A stretch of 64,000 nucleotides of DNA, taken from contig JBGLNL010000001.1 of NCBI GenBank assembly GCA_041300025.1, positions 1,211,576 through 1,275,575 on the forward strand, in the 5' to 3' direction. This DNA is from Dehalococcoidia bacterium. Lineage in GTDB: Bacteria > Chloroflexota > Dehalococcoidia > SZUA-161 > SpSt-899. A model generated the notes under the pieces. It was not told the DNA's origin. It worked only from the letters and a program-made list of their open reading frames with translations, and did not search any database. The position numbers and the translations under genes were made by a program. Within the stretch, counting starts at the first letter, position 1. Each line of letters opens with the position of its first letter. Shown here in pieces: positions 31,699 through 41,282 of this stretch.

Positions 31699-31990
31699 TT
31701 AAGAATTTCCAAATCGTCATTTTTGTTTGTAGATACTATAGCACAGCCCGAGGTAAAAAGCTGCCATTGTTAAATGCAATGAAGATGCCCAACAGATCAC
31801 AAGATAAGCGGAATCGAGGGGTAGCGCGAAGGTTCCCTTTTAGGGAGCCGAGCGCGACCGGTGGGGTCTTGGAGGCGATTACCACTCCATTAGGGTGTTC
31901 GCCCATCCGCACCTTAATTTACCCCGGTTAACGGCTACTATCTGGCTGGATCACCCGTTTTGGCTATATCTGCTATTTCAACCAGTTTCG

Positions 31991-33151
31991 TTAGACCAGC
32001 GCGCTTGTGCCCAGAGTCCGGCCGCCAATCATCAGCTTCTGAATTTCCGGGTTACCTTCCGGCTGGAACATGGCGCGAGCGTCCCTGAAGTATCGCTCCA
32101 CTTTAAACTCTTCAGCCAGTCCCCATGCACCGTGAATTTCCATGGCATTGGAAGCTGCTTTCAGGCCAACCTGATTGGCGTAATACTTGCTGCCGCAGGC
32201 TTCGACGGTTGCTTCCTTGCCCTCATCCAGGAGCGAAAAGGCTTTGTAGCAGAGCAGTCTGGCAGCCTCAGTCTCGATCACCGACTCTGCCACCAGTTCC
32301 TGAATCAACTGGAACTTGGCAATTTTCTTGCCGAACTGAACCCTTTCCCGGGCATATTTAATTGATGCTTCGATTGAAGCCTGAGCAATACCCACAGAGA
32401 AAGTGCCTACGGTGGCTCTGGTGAACGACAATTCGCCGGTGAGGGTGCCAAGCGCTCCGGTTCCGGCACCGGCAACGAGGTTTTCTTTTGGTACCTTACA
32501 ATCGGTGAAAGTCATTATAGCCGAAGGAGCGCAGCGCAACCCGATTTTGGGAATGGTGGTTGCTTCAAACGGGGAATCTCGCCTGTCAACCAGTAAGATG
32601 GCCAGGCCGTCAATGCCCCTGCTCCGGTCTTCAGAGGCGAACAGGATACATATTTCGGCGATGTCTCCGCCTGTTACCCATGCTTTCTGGCCATTGACTA
32701 CGTAATGATCGCCCTTCAGAACGGCAGTTGTTTCCACTCCCCGCAAGTCTGAACCTACATTGGGCTCGGTGAGGGCGAAACTTGACAGCAGGTCAAGTTT
32801 TTGAAGAGAGGGCAGGTATTTCTTTTTCTGTTCCTTGGTGGCCAGTTTACCCACAAGGTAACCGCCGCCCGCTCCCAGCGAAACAGCCAGACTGGGCCAT
32901 ACCCGGCTCAACTCTTCCTGCAAAATGCCATTTGAAATCAGGGGTATCTCAGTGCCGCCATCTTTCTTGGAGACGATGCCCAGGCAATAATCCCAGGGAA
33001 GCAATTTTTTAATCAGGTCTACGAGGATGTCTCTGGGATAAGGCGCGTATTTTTTCTCATACTCATCGACTAGCGGGGCGATCTCCTTATCCAGAAAAGC
33101 CCTTACATTCTTTTGAAGCATTACCTGTTCTTCAGTTAAACCAAAACTCAT
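31991..33151 (-). CDS. acyl-CoA dehydrogenase
   Basis: 386 aa. ACAD fold motifs and C-terminal GGRTLGTSALV. Confidence 0.9.
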   Translation of the reverse strand: MSFGLTEEQVMLQKNVRAFLDKEIAPLVDEYEKKYAPYPRDILVDLIKKLLPWDYCLGIVSKKDGGTEIPLISNGILQEELSRVWPSLAVSLGAGGGYLVGKLATKEQKKKYLPSLQKLDLLSSFALTEPNVGSDLRGVETTAVLKGDHYVVNGQKAWVTGGDIAEICILFASEDRSRGIDGLAILLVDRRDSPFEATTIPKIGLRCAPSAIMTFTDCKVPKENLVAGAGTGALGTLTGELSFTRATVGTFSVGIAQASIEASIKYARERVQFGKKIAKFQLIQELVAESVIETEAARLLCYKAFSLLDEGKEATVEACGSKYYANQVGLKAASNAMEIHGAWGLAEEFKVERYFRDARAMFQPEGNPEIQKLMIGGRTLGTSALV

Positions 33152-33193
33152 GATTTGACAGTCTCCTTTTAAAAATTCTGTTTTAAGATTAGC

Positions 33194-33240
33194 ATAAATA
33201 ACCCCAGCCCGACCAGTATCCCGGTCCCGGGCTGGGGTTT
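33194..33240 (-). terminator. rho-independent terminator after the dehydrogenase gene
   Basis: CCCCAGCCCG...CGGGCTGGGG stem followed by TTATTTAT on the minus strand. Confidence 0.55.
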
Positions 33241-33279
33241 TAGGTACATTTGTGATTACTCTATATTCCGGTTTGCTGT

Positions 33280-34122
33280 TTAAAACTCCGGTTTCATGGG
33301 TTTGCCGCCAAGTTTGGGTGGTGGCCCTTTGAGCATTTCACAGGTCAGTGCCGTGAAGGGACAGGGCTGCCTGAGTTCCTTGCCGATCTCCAGAACGTGG
33401 CTCATATCCTTGACCCCAACGTAATAGGTTGGTGGCGGCGGATCGGTCCACATGGATTTCAGCCATTGCCAGTTCTGGGCGGAGAAACTGTTTCCGGAAC
33501 CAATCTTAATGTGTTCGATCAGCATTTTCTCTTCGGCGCCGTTGGCGATCCCCCAGTTGATGGCTTCGGCAAGTACCCATGAGTTGATGGTGGCGCACAT
33601 GTTGTTGGCGAGTTTCACAATCTGTCCCATTCCGAGCGAGCCGCAATAAGTGATCGTGCCCATGGTCTCGATCAGGGCGCGGTACTTTTCAACTACGGCC
33701 TTATCACCGCCGACGCTGATACCAAGCTTTCCGGCCTCAGCCCCCATGCGGGCTCCGACTACCGGGGCATCCAGTACATCGAGCTTCTTGGATGAGCCTT
33801 CCTCCGCTACCCTCCGGCAGAACTGCGGGGCGAAGGTTCCCATCAGGATTATACCGCCGCCGTTCTTCATTCCTTCCATGAGACCGTTCTCACCGAAGAT
33901 GACTTTATCTGCCTGGTTATCGTTCTGGACCATAATGATCACGGCATCGGCGTTCTGCCCGACTTCCTTGGGATTAGCACATTCTATTGCTCCAAGGGCA
34001 ACCATTTCTTCGATCGGTTCCCTGCGGACGTGCCCGGTTACGTATGTTTCAAATCCCTTCTTGACCACGTTCCTGGCCATGGGAAGGCCGATATCTCCCA
34101 TTCCAATAAATCCGGCTTTCAT
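33280..34122 (-). CDS. NAD-binding 3-hydroxyisobutyrate dehydrogenase / 2-hydroxy-3-oxopropionate reductase family
   Basis: MKAGFIGMGDIGLPMARN Rossmann motif. 280 aa. Confidence 0.85.
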   Translation of the reverse strand: MKAGFIGMGDIGLPMARNVVKKGFETYVTGHVRREPIEEMVALGAIECANPKEVGQNADAVIIMVQNDNQADKVIFGENGLMEGMKNGGGIILMGTFAPQFCRRVAEEGSSKKLDVLDAPVVGARMGAEAGKLGISVGGDKAVVEKYRALIETMGTITYCGSLGMGQIVKLANNMCATINSWVLAEAINWGIANGAEEKMLIEHIKIGSGNSFSAQNWQWLKSMWTDPPPPTYYVGVKDMSHVLEIGKELRQPCPFTALTCEMLKGPPPKLGGKPMKPEF

Positions 34123-34202
34123 GATTTAAATTTCGCCTCCTTTGTGAATATTGCTCATGTTAATCTCGCCCTGATGGGAAATCCACGAATATCATGTTAA
34201 GG

Positions 34203-34355
34203 AATCCCTGATCAACCCCCTGTATCCCCCAATCTTGGGGGAAGTTTGTATTGGGGGACACCCCCAAAACCCCCGGCAGGAAGAATCCTGCACCTCTTTT
34301 CGGATAGCCTGCCACCGAAGTTGGGGGGCCACCCCCCATATCCCCGAAGTCCCCA
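34203..34355 (-). repeat. GC-rich hairpin repeat element, composite copy B
   Basis: TTGGGGGACACCCCCAAAACCCCCGGCAGGAAGAATCCTGCACCTCTTTTC is shared in reverse orientation with the 57.55-kb copy. Confidence 0.7.
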
Positions 34356-34357
34356 TT

Positions 34358-35110
34358 TTAGATAATGACTCCCTGTTCCTTCATGGCGGAAAGCTCGTCC
34401 CAGCTATAGCCGTAATCCATAAGGACTGTTTCCGTATCCTGCCCCAGTTCCGGGGCCAGCGTTCTGATGGTTCCCGGTGTCTCGCTGAAAGTGACCGGCG
34501 AGTGAATCATCTTGAACTTGTAATTGCTGGCTGGCTCCGTTACTTCCTCGAAGAAGCCGTTCTCGTATGCCTGCGGATCGTTTGCTACATCCAGCGGTGT
34601 TTGCACCCATCCCAGCACAATATCAAAATCCCTGGCGATTTGATCCCATTCGGTTGCTGTTTTAGTTGCCGCTATTTTATCCATTTCCGGGATCAGATAC
34701 ATGTTCTGGGCAATCCGTTTCTGATGGGAATTGAACCTTTCGTCTTTCTCCCATTCAGGTTTACCGATAGCCCTGCAGAAGCGATCCCAGAAGAGATCCG
34801 TCTGGGGCATGACGAACATGATCCATTTCTTATCCTTTGTTTTATAGACATTCCACATGAAGTTGGTGACTCTGGTTCTATCGGTTTTAGGGATGTTAAC
34901 ACCAACGTTTAGCGCCGCACCGATATCAAAGGCAGCTCCAAAAACGGCGAAATGGTAGAGGTTGACTTCAACTTTCTGGCCTATGCCCGTTTTCTCTCGA
35001 GCGTAAAGGGCGGCCGAAATGGCTCCGGCAATGCATGGCGCAACCTGGTTATCTCCCAGACCTGCTCTCTGCGGACGGGGATCTGCATCGGTTGAAATGC
35101 GATCCATCAT
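34358..35110 (-). pseudogene. family III CoA-transferase (CaiB/BaiF), lacking the N-terminal ~150 residues
   Basis: It starts at the conserved AALYAREKTGIGQKVEVNL segment. There is no GxRVLDL N-terminal region. Confidence 0.65.
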
Positions 35111-35479
35111 CCCGCTTCTGGCCCACCAGGCAGGGGATTGGATTCCAGATATTTTGCCATAAACTGTGCCAGCGGTTTGGCCAGCGACTTCAAGTTATTA
35201 TACTTCAAAGCGTGCGCTGCGTCACGTGCCAGTTTTTCATGCAGAAAAAGTGAGCGGATGCCGTTGATTTGCAAAGGATGAATACTGCATTTTTGGCAGG
35301 ATGCTCCTTCTTTAAGCGGAAGCCCGCAGGATTCACAGTAAGGCGGTTCCAGCCGGGGGAGTGCTTCCACACAGATAGAACAGATCAATTCCCCTTCAAT
35401 CCCGCATCCGATACATCTTTGGGGTAAAAGGAGATCAAGGGATACTTCCGAGATTCGGGCGAGTTTTGTTTGCAAGACC
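35107..35479 (-). pseudogene. ComF-type double-zinc-ribbon N-terminal domain; phosphoribosyltransferase domain missing
   Basis: CIGCG...CSICV...CESCG...CQKC. ATG lies 2 nt after the pyrD stop. It ends abruptly at the CoA-transferase fragment. Confidence 0.5.
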
Positions 35480-35482
35480 ATC

Positions 35483-36421
35483 TTAAATTCCAGCATTTGC
35501 AACGCCGATGATCTCTGTGAGGTTATTGATTCCCTCTTTTTCCATGAACTGCTCAATCCCTGTGATGATGTTGAGCATGGTTTGAGGATCAGCAAAGGTA
35601 GCTGTTCCCACCTGAACGGCGCTGGCACCGGCCATGATAAACTCAAAAGCGTCGCCGGCTGAAGCGATCCCACCGCATCCGATAACGGGCACTTTTACAA
35701 CTTGGGCAACTTTATAGACCAGATAAAGAGCGAGCGGTTTGATCGCCGGACCGGAAAGTCCTCCGGTAGTGTTGCCCAGCATCGGACGCCGATTGTTAAT
35801 ATCGATGGCCATGCCTTTGAACGTATTGGCAACTGTCAGGCAATCGGCTCCGGCATCAACTACAGCCCGGGCGATTGCGGAGATGTCCGTTACATTCGGG
35901 GTGAGCTTGACTATTACGGGCATGGAGGTCTGTTTTTTTACGGCCGAGGTCACTTCGGCTGCTGTTTTGGGACTGGTTCCAAATTCCATCCCGCCAACTG
36001 ATACGTTGGGACAACTCACATTAACTTCAATTCCAGCAATTCCTGCAATCCCATCCAGTTTGCCTGCTATTTGCGCATATTCCTCGATACTCTCGCCTGA
36101 AATGTTGACGATTACGGGAGTATCCCATTTTGCCCACATGGGCGCTTTATCTTTGATTACAGCTTCGACCCCGATGTTTTCCAGTCCAATCGAATTGAGC
36201 AGACCGTCAACCGTTTCTGCCAGCCTTGGCGATGAATTCCCTTCCCGTGGCCGCAGGGTTACCCCTTTGGAGACGATGGCGCCCAGCTTCTGAATATCGA
36301 TGATATCAGCGTACTCGGTTCCGTAGCCGAAGGTACCGGAGGCAGCTATTACCGGGTTAGGCAACAACAGCCCCCGCTTATTCTGCGGCGCGAGCCGGAC
36401 TGATAAATTCAAATTCCTCAT
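35483..36421 (-). CDS. pyrD: dihydroorotate dehydrogenase catalytic subunit (class 1B)
   Basis: GLLLPNPVIAASGTFGYG... 312 aa. Confidence 0.9.
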   Translation of the reverse strand: MRNLNLSVRLAPQNKRGLLLPNPVIAASGTFGYGTEYADIIDIQKLGAIVSKGVTLRPREGNSSPRLAETVDGLLNSIGLENIGVEAVIKDKAPMWAKWDTPVIVNISGESIEEYAQIAGKLDGIAGIAGIEVNVSCPNVSVGGMEFGTSPKTAAEVTSAVKKQTSMPVIVKLTPNVTDISAIARAVVDAGADCLTVANTFKGMAIDINNRRPMLGNTTGGLSGPAIKPLALYLVYKVAQVVKVPVIGCGGIASAGDAFEFIMAGASAVQVGTATFADPQTMLNIITGIEQFMEKEGINNLTEIIGVANAGI

Positions 36422-36422
36422 G

Positions 36423-36977
36423 CTATTGCGATTTTGATCTTTGTATCGCTCCGACCATCGCTTTGCCGGCAGCTCTGGCCTGACTCATGGCTTCAATATC
36501 ATTTCTGATTTCACCGGGCTCATCGGCATATCCGATGACCCCTCCGGCGAGCGTCATCCTCATCAGGGCAAAATAATCATTCAAAGAACTGTAGGCATTG
36601 CCGCAACCGGCACGATTAGCCACCACTGCGATGCCCCCGACCTTCCCCCTGAGTTTCCGGTGCAACATTAGCGCATAGGTTCGATCGATCAAAATCTTTA
36701 CCTGCCCGCTCACATTCCAGAAATAGACCGGAGTTCCGATGAATATGCCGTCGGCACTGATCAATTTGGGGTAAACATACTGCATATCATCGCTGATGAT
36801 GCACTCACCGCCTTCGAGGCAGAAAGCGCATCCCCGGCAGGGACTGATATCCATTTCAGCGATATTCAGAATTTCCGTTTCCGCCCCGGCCCCCTTTGCC
36901 CCTTCCATGGCTTCGTTTATTATGATTTCGGTATTGCTATTCTTCCGGGGGCTGCCAACGATTCCCAGAATTTTCAT
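36423..36977 (-). CDS. iron-sulfur flavoprotein / NADPH-dependent FMN reductase family
   Basis: ILGIVGSPRKNSNT flavodoxin-like N-terminus. Compact Cys cluster CRGCAFCLEGGEC. Confidence 0.75.
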   Translation of the reverse strand: MKILGIVGSPRKNSNTEIIINEAMEGAKGAGAETEILNIAEMDISPCRGCAFCLEGGECIISDDMQYVYPKLISADGIFIGTPVYFWNVSGQVKILIDRTYALMLHRKLRGKVGGIAVVANRAGCGNAYSSLNDYFALMRMTLAGGVIGYADEPGEIRNDIEAMSQARAAGKAMVGAIQRSKSQ

Positions 36978-37834
36978 GCTGATGTACCGTAAACCCTCTG
37001 CAATAGAAGGGCATCCTCTTCCAGATTGGGGCTTTCACAAATGACAATTCCCCTGGCATCATGATCCTTGAGCGCCTGCAGAAATTCCTGATATCGAAAA
37101 TCGGAATCCTCCAGATTCAGATGGTTTTTCTCGCCTTTATCGCCGTAATTAATCCCGGAGACATGGATATGCAGGCTGTTCAACCCCTCCCTTCCCAGCT
37201 TTTCTCCCACCTGATCCAGCACCTGTGAGAACTCATTATAACTGTTAAATTTGCCTGTCCGGGCGTGAAGATGAGCAAAATCGATGCAGGGCCCAACCCC
37301 TTCGATTTCAGAACTGAGCCTGAGGATTTCGTTCAGGGTTCCGAACTGGCTCGGTTTCCCCATGACTTCCGGCTTGATGGCGATATCAATCTTTTCCTTT
37401 TCCAGTTGTTCCATTACTTCCAAAAGGTGCCGTTTGACCGTATCGTAAACCTGCTCAGGGGGCATTTGCATGTAAAAGGCGGCATGAAAAGTGATGCTTT
37501 CTCCTCCAAAAGCATAAGCCGCCCGGGCGGTTTGCATTATTCTCTGCTTGCTGGCGGTTATTTTCTCTTCCTCTTTGGAGTTCAGGTTGATGTAATAAGG
37601 GCCGTGAGCCGTAAGACGGATGTTGCGTTTTCTGGCAACTTCCCCCACGTCGAGGGCATTTTGCTGAGTCATCCGAACGCCATGAACGAACTCCACCTCC
37701 ATGCATCCCAGATTGAGTTCGTGAATTCTTATGATACCGCCCTGGGTTGTCTTTATTGCGGAACTATGGGGAATTCCCGCAGTACCGAAGAGAAGCTTGG
37801 CTGGCCCCGTTGTCGATTGTTGTCCTCTGGGCAT
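36974..37834 (-). CDS. nfo: endonuclease IV-like TIM-barrel (AP endonuclease family 2)
   Basis: LTAHGPYYINLNS and HAAFYMQ motifs. Confidence 0.65.
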   Translation of the reverse strand: MPRGQQSTTGPAKLLFGTAGIPHSSAIKTTQGGIIRIHELNLGCMEVEFVHGVRMTQQNALDVGEVARKRNIRLTAHGPYYINLNSKEEEKITASKQRIMQTARAAYAFGGESITFHAAFYMQMPPEQVYDTVKRHLLEVMEQLEKEKIDIAIKPEVMGKPSQFGTLNEILRLSSEIEGVGPCIDFAHLHARTGKFNSYNEFSQVLDQVGEKLGREGLNSLHIHVSGINYGDKGEKNHLNLEDSDFRYQEFLQALKDHDARGIVICESPNLEEDALLLQRVYGTSA

Positions 37835-37840
37835 TAGCCT

Positions 37841-38857
37841 TTAACTGACCTTTCTGCCAACTGAGGCAGCTACTAAACTCAATTGGGCAGTGAGTTGCCT
37901 GAAATGCTCAAAAGTGAGCGATTGCGGCCCGTCTTTGAGAGCTTTATCGGGATTGGGATGTACTTCCACAATAATCCCGTCCGCTCCGGCAGCCACCGAA
38001 GCCAGGGCAAGAGGAGTTACCAGATACCACTTGCCGGTGGCGTGGCTGGGATCGGCAATGATAGGCAGATGACTGAGTTTCTTGATGACGGGGATGGCGC
38101 TCACATCCATCGTGTTGCGGGTATAGGTTTCGAACGTGCGTATACCGCGTTCGCATAGAATCACGTTCCGGTTCCCCTGGGAAATGATGTATTCTGCCGA
38201 GAGAAGCCATTCCTGTATTGTCGCCGACATTCCGCGCTTGAGCATCACGGGTTTCCTGATCTTTCCGACTTCATCGAGGAGCATAAAATTCTGCATGTTA
38301 CGGGTACCGACCTGAAGGATATCAGCATATCTGGCTACCAGCTCAACGTCATTCGGGCTCATTACTTCGGTGATGGTAGGCAATCCCGTTTCTTTCCCTG
38401 CCTGAGCAAGTAACTTGAGCCCTTCCTCTCCCAGTCCCCGAAAACTATATGGCGAAGTGCTGGGCTTGAAAGCCCCGCCTCGAAGTATATTGGCTCCGGA
38501 TTCCTTTACCGATCGGGCGGTGGACATCAGCTGTTCTTCTGATTCTATGGCACAGGGGCCTGCCATTACAGCCAGAGCATCGCCCCCGATGGTTACATTA
38601 CCTACGGTAATCCGTGTATTGGCAGGCTGGAATTCGCGGCTCGAAAGCTTGTAGGGTTTACTTATGGGGATAACCTCATCGACTCCGGGAAACCTTTCCA
38701 GCGCCTCCCTGAGTTCGGGATAGGTTTGTCCCACTACGCCGACAACCGTTCTATCCACACCTTCCGATACATGCCCGGCCATGCCCTCTTTCTTAAGATG
38801 GTCTAAAATCCCCTGTAAGTCTTCTTTGCTGGCAGTTTTGCTTAAAACCAGGAGCAT
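37841..38857 (-). CDS. aroF: 3-deoxy-7-phosphoheptulonate synthase (Thermotoga-type with N-terminal regulatory domain)
   Basis: 338 aa. C-terminal [12 protein letters not shown] is characteristic. Confidence 0.85.
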   Translation of the reverse strand: MLLVLSKTASKEDLQGILDHLKKEGMAGHVSEGVDRTVVGVVGQTYPELREALERFPGVDEVIPISKPYKLSSREFQPANTRITVGNVTIGGDALAVMAGPCAIESEEQLMSTARSVKESGANILRGGAFKPSTSPYSFRGLGEEGLKLLAQAGKETGLPTITEVMSPNDVELVARYADILQVGTRNMQNFMLLDEVGKIRKPVMLKRGMSATIQEWLLSAEYIISQGNRNVILCERGIRTFETYTRNTMDVSAIPVIKKLSHLPIIADPSHATGKWYLVTPLALASVAAGADGIIVEVHPNPDKALKDGPQSLTFEHFRQLTAQLSLVAASVGRKVS

Positions 38858-38897
38858 TTTTCTTCTCCTTTGAGAATCCTCTGATTAACTTCCTGTA

Positions 38898-38980
38898 TCA
38901 CTCCAAACCGTGGGGAAGGGGAAGATAGGGGGACACCCCCCCAGACCCCCGAAGTCACCACTCATTCACAATATTCCTTA
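38898..38980 (-). repeat. GC-rich hairpin repeat element, copy C
   Basis: GGGGGACACCCCCCCAGACCCCCGAAGTCACCACT. Confidence 0.7.
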
Positions 38981-39343
38981 ACTTGACTGACCGGAATTCC
39001 TTAGATTCTTAGCCCCTCTGATATATATGTGCTCGATCTCGTCAGCGGATTTCTCGGTGTTATATAGAATCAAAATCCGGATGCACTTCTGCAGGCTGCC
39101 GGGCACGTTCATTTCATGTCCGCACATAAGCGCTGTATTTGTCCACCCCATCTGGCGTGCCGCCAGAGCCGGAAATTCGGCATTAAGGTCTGCGGTAGTG
39201 GTGAAAAAAGCGCAAGCCGCTTCGTCCGCCTCAAGCTGATTAGCCTTAATCATTTTATCCAGAAGTTCACTGGTGCCTTGAAGGATCGATTCCCTGGTAT
39301 TTTCACTAACGGTGGTTGCTCCTCTAATTCCACGGCAGCGCAT
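38978..39343 (-). CDS. aroH: chorismate mutase, AroH class
   Basis: RGIRGATTVSENTRESIL... 121 aa. Confidence 0.8.
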   Translation of the reverse strand: MRCRGIRGATTVSENTRESILQGTSELLDKMIKANQLEADEAACAFFTTTADLNAEFPALAARQMGWTNTALMCGHEMNVPGSLQKCIRILILYNTEKSADEIEHIYIRGAKNLRNSGQSS

Positions 39344-39411
39344 AATTTTCTCTCCTTATGCTTAAACAAATGGTATCACTTACGAAGGAGCTTAGCAACC
39401 GGGCCTGATTT

Positions 39412-39714
39412 TCAGCGGAGCGGTATTCTGGTAGTTATCCCGGCCTCTTCCAGTTCAATGATTTCCTCTTTTGACATGCCCAGCAGTTCCTTGAAAACAT
39501 ACTCATTATGCTCGGCAAAACAGGGAGCCGGCGTGCGGATTTTCCCCGGTGTCCGGCTCAGTTTCCAAGGCATTCCGGGATGGTCGTAAGTGCCCGCTTC
39601 AGGATGGGCAACTGCCTCAAAGAATCTCCTTTGCATCAAATGAGGGTTACTGTTGATTTGCGCTGCATCGAGCACGGCCCCGGCTCGGATTCCAGCCATT
39701 TGAAGTATGCCCAT
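39412..39714 (-). pseudogene. C-terminal ~100-aa fragment of a family III CoA-transferase
   Basis: PGMPWKLSRTPGKIRTPAPCFAEHNEYVFKELLGMSKEEIIELEEAGI is the typical C-terminus. No N-terminal part lies upstream. Confidence 0.5.
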
Positions 39715-39815
39715 CGCTTCTTCAGGTTCATGGCGGGTTGTCCAATCTTCAATTAACTGGCGCAGTTTGAGCGGTTCCTCATTTCGATCCAGTGGATTGC
39801 CAATAGCGTTGCCGA

Positions 39816-41282
39816 ATGCTTCCCATTCTTCCTAATGAAAATCAGGGAGGAGTGAATTACATGATAGAGATCAAGTTTTTAAGGATGGGAATACTCGTAC
39901 TGTTGCTGGTAGCGTTGGTGACGGTTGTCCCCTTGGCATTGGCAGATGATTCCCCGGCAATGGGGGGAGCCAACTGGAATGCTGTGGGTACCGAATGGCA
40001 AATGGAGGGGAGTGCCGTTGTAGGCAGCAACGTCCAGAGCGAAGTATGGACCTATTGGATCAACGGGACTGATTCCAATAAAACGGTTGGTCCCGGCGAA
40101 CAGACAGTGGGCGGAAATTATTGTCCACCTAGTGGCGAATTTAGCTGCCCGGCATATGAGGAAACCGGGCAGTCAGTGTATGTCGGGCTCTCCTTAATGG
40201 ATAAAATGATGTACCGGACGGCTCATGGCACCAACGTGGAAACCTGGAGTCCTATGATCATTTACTTAGATCGGCAGACTCTGGAACCTCGCGAACGCTG
40301 GCAGAAATCCGGTGCAATACTGGGGGAAACCTGGAGCAAGGTCTGGAATATTAATGCTGCCGGCGTGCCGGCTGATCGGGACCTGAACGGTGGAGAGACA
40401 TGGCACTATAATGAAACCACTGATCCGGCCTCTGCTGGATGGGGGAATACCAGCGATTGGTTTGGGCAGGATGCGGGAAACCAGAATAATGAGCTCTATA
40501 ACGTGAGCGTATCTAATACACCGCAGGACATAACTGTGGCCGGGATGACCTTCTCCTGCTATGAAGTCGATAAACTCGGTCCGCGCGGGCACATTTATGA
40601 TTACTGGGATGTAGATGGAGCGCTGGCCGGCCCGGTCAAGACCATCGATGAATTGAGTTTTGATCAGACCAATACATTAACACTGAGGTACCACGACTGG
40701 CCGGGAGCACCGACGGTGACCATGTGCAATAATGCCGGAACCCCAAAGACCGATTGGACCGCTACGCCCGGTGACAATGTATATGTAACTGGTCATTGGG
40801 TTACCCTTAATCCCAGCCTGGGAGATGGGACGCCAAATCAGTATGATATCTGGATTGGCCAGGGAGCACCGAGCGAAGGTGATGTGCTGGGAACCGATTG
40901 GGGTACAGACACAGGTATGGATGCCAATGTGGCGCCGCAAGCGGGTGCCAATGTGCCGGGGACATTTTTCGTAAACCTTGGGCCGGCCCAGAATTTACCT
41001 GTCAACGGCCCCGGTCTTTATATTATTCTTGATGAAGGTGATGGGATTTATCATCTGGACAACCAGACGTTCGAATTGGAAGGTTATAACTTTGATGATA
41101 TCGATTCGCTAGCTAACTGCCCAGCCTGTTATGTTGAGGGCAACACGGCTTTTGACGATGGATTGAGCAATGCTTTCGAACTGTCCGGCGGGTTACTGGT
41201 GGAAACGCTGCCGGCAACCGGCGTCACGCCCAATAACGCTAGAACAACCCCGGTGCTTTCCATGCGGATATCACCAGTTTGA
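39816..41282 (+). CDS. secreted cell-surface protein, N-terminal part (signal peptide). It continues in 41243..44581 after an apparent frameshift.
   Basis: Signal peptide MIEIKFLRMGILVLLLVALVTVVPLALA. G/T/N/D/W-rich composition. Confidence 0.6.
   Translation: MLPILPNENQGGVNYMIEIKFLRMGILVLLLVALVTVVPLALADDSPAMGGANWNAVGTEWQMEGSAVVGSNVQSEVWTYWINGTDSNKTVGPGEQTVGGNYCPPSGEFSCPAYEETGQSVYVGLSLMDKMMYRTAHGTNVETWSPMIIYLDRQTLEPRERWQKSGAILGETWSKVWNINAAGVPADRDLNGGETWHYNETTDPASAGWGNTSDWFGQDAGNQNNELYNVSVSNTPQDITVAGMTFSCYEVDKLGPRGHIYDYWDVDGALAGPVKTIDELSFDQTNTLTLRYHDWPGAPTVTMCNNAGTPKTDWTATPGDNVYVTGHWVTLNPSLGDGTPNQYDIWIGQGAPSEGDVLGTDWGTDTGMDANVAPQAGANVPGTFFVNLGPAQNLPVNGPGLYIILDEGDGIYHLDNQTFELEGYNFDDIDSLANCPACYVEGNTAFDDGLSNAFELSGGLLVETLPATGVTPNNARTTPVLSMRISPV

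Noticed and set aside
31790-31990. GC-rich segment with hairpins (GCGCGAAGGTTCCCTTTTAGGGAGCCGAGCGCG; GGTGTTCGCCCATCC) that looked tRNA-like or tmRNA-like
   Set aside because: No cloverleaf could be built on either strand. There is no 7-bp acceptor with matching 3' end, the candidate anticodon loop has G at position 33, and there is no TTCGAAT-type T-loop. It is left as an unexplained structured spacer.
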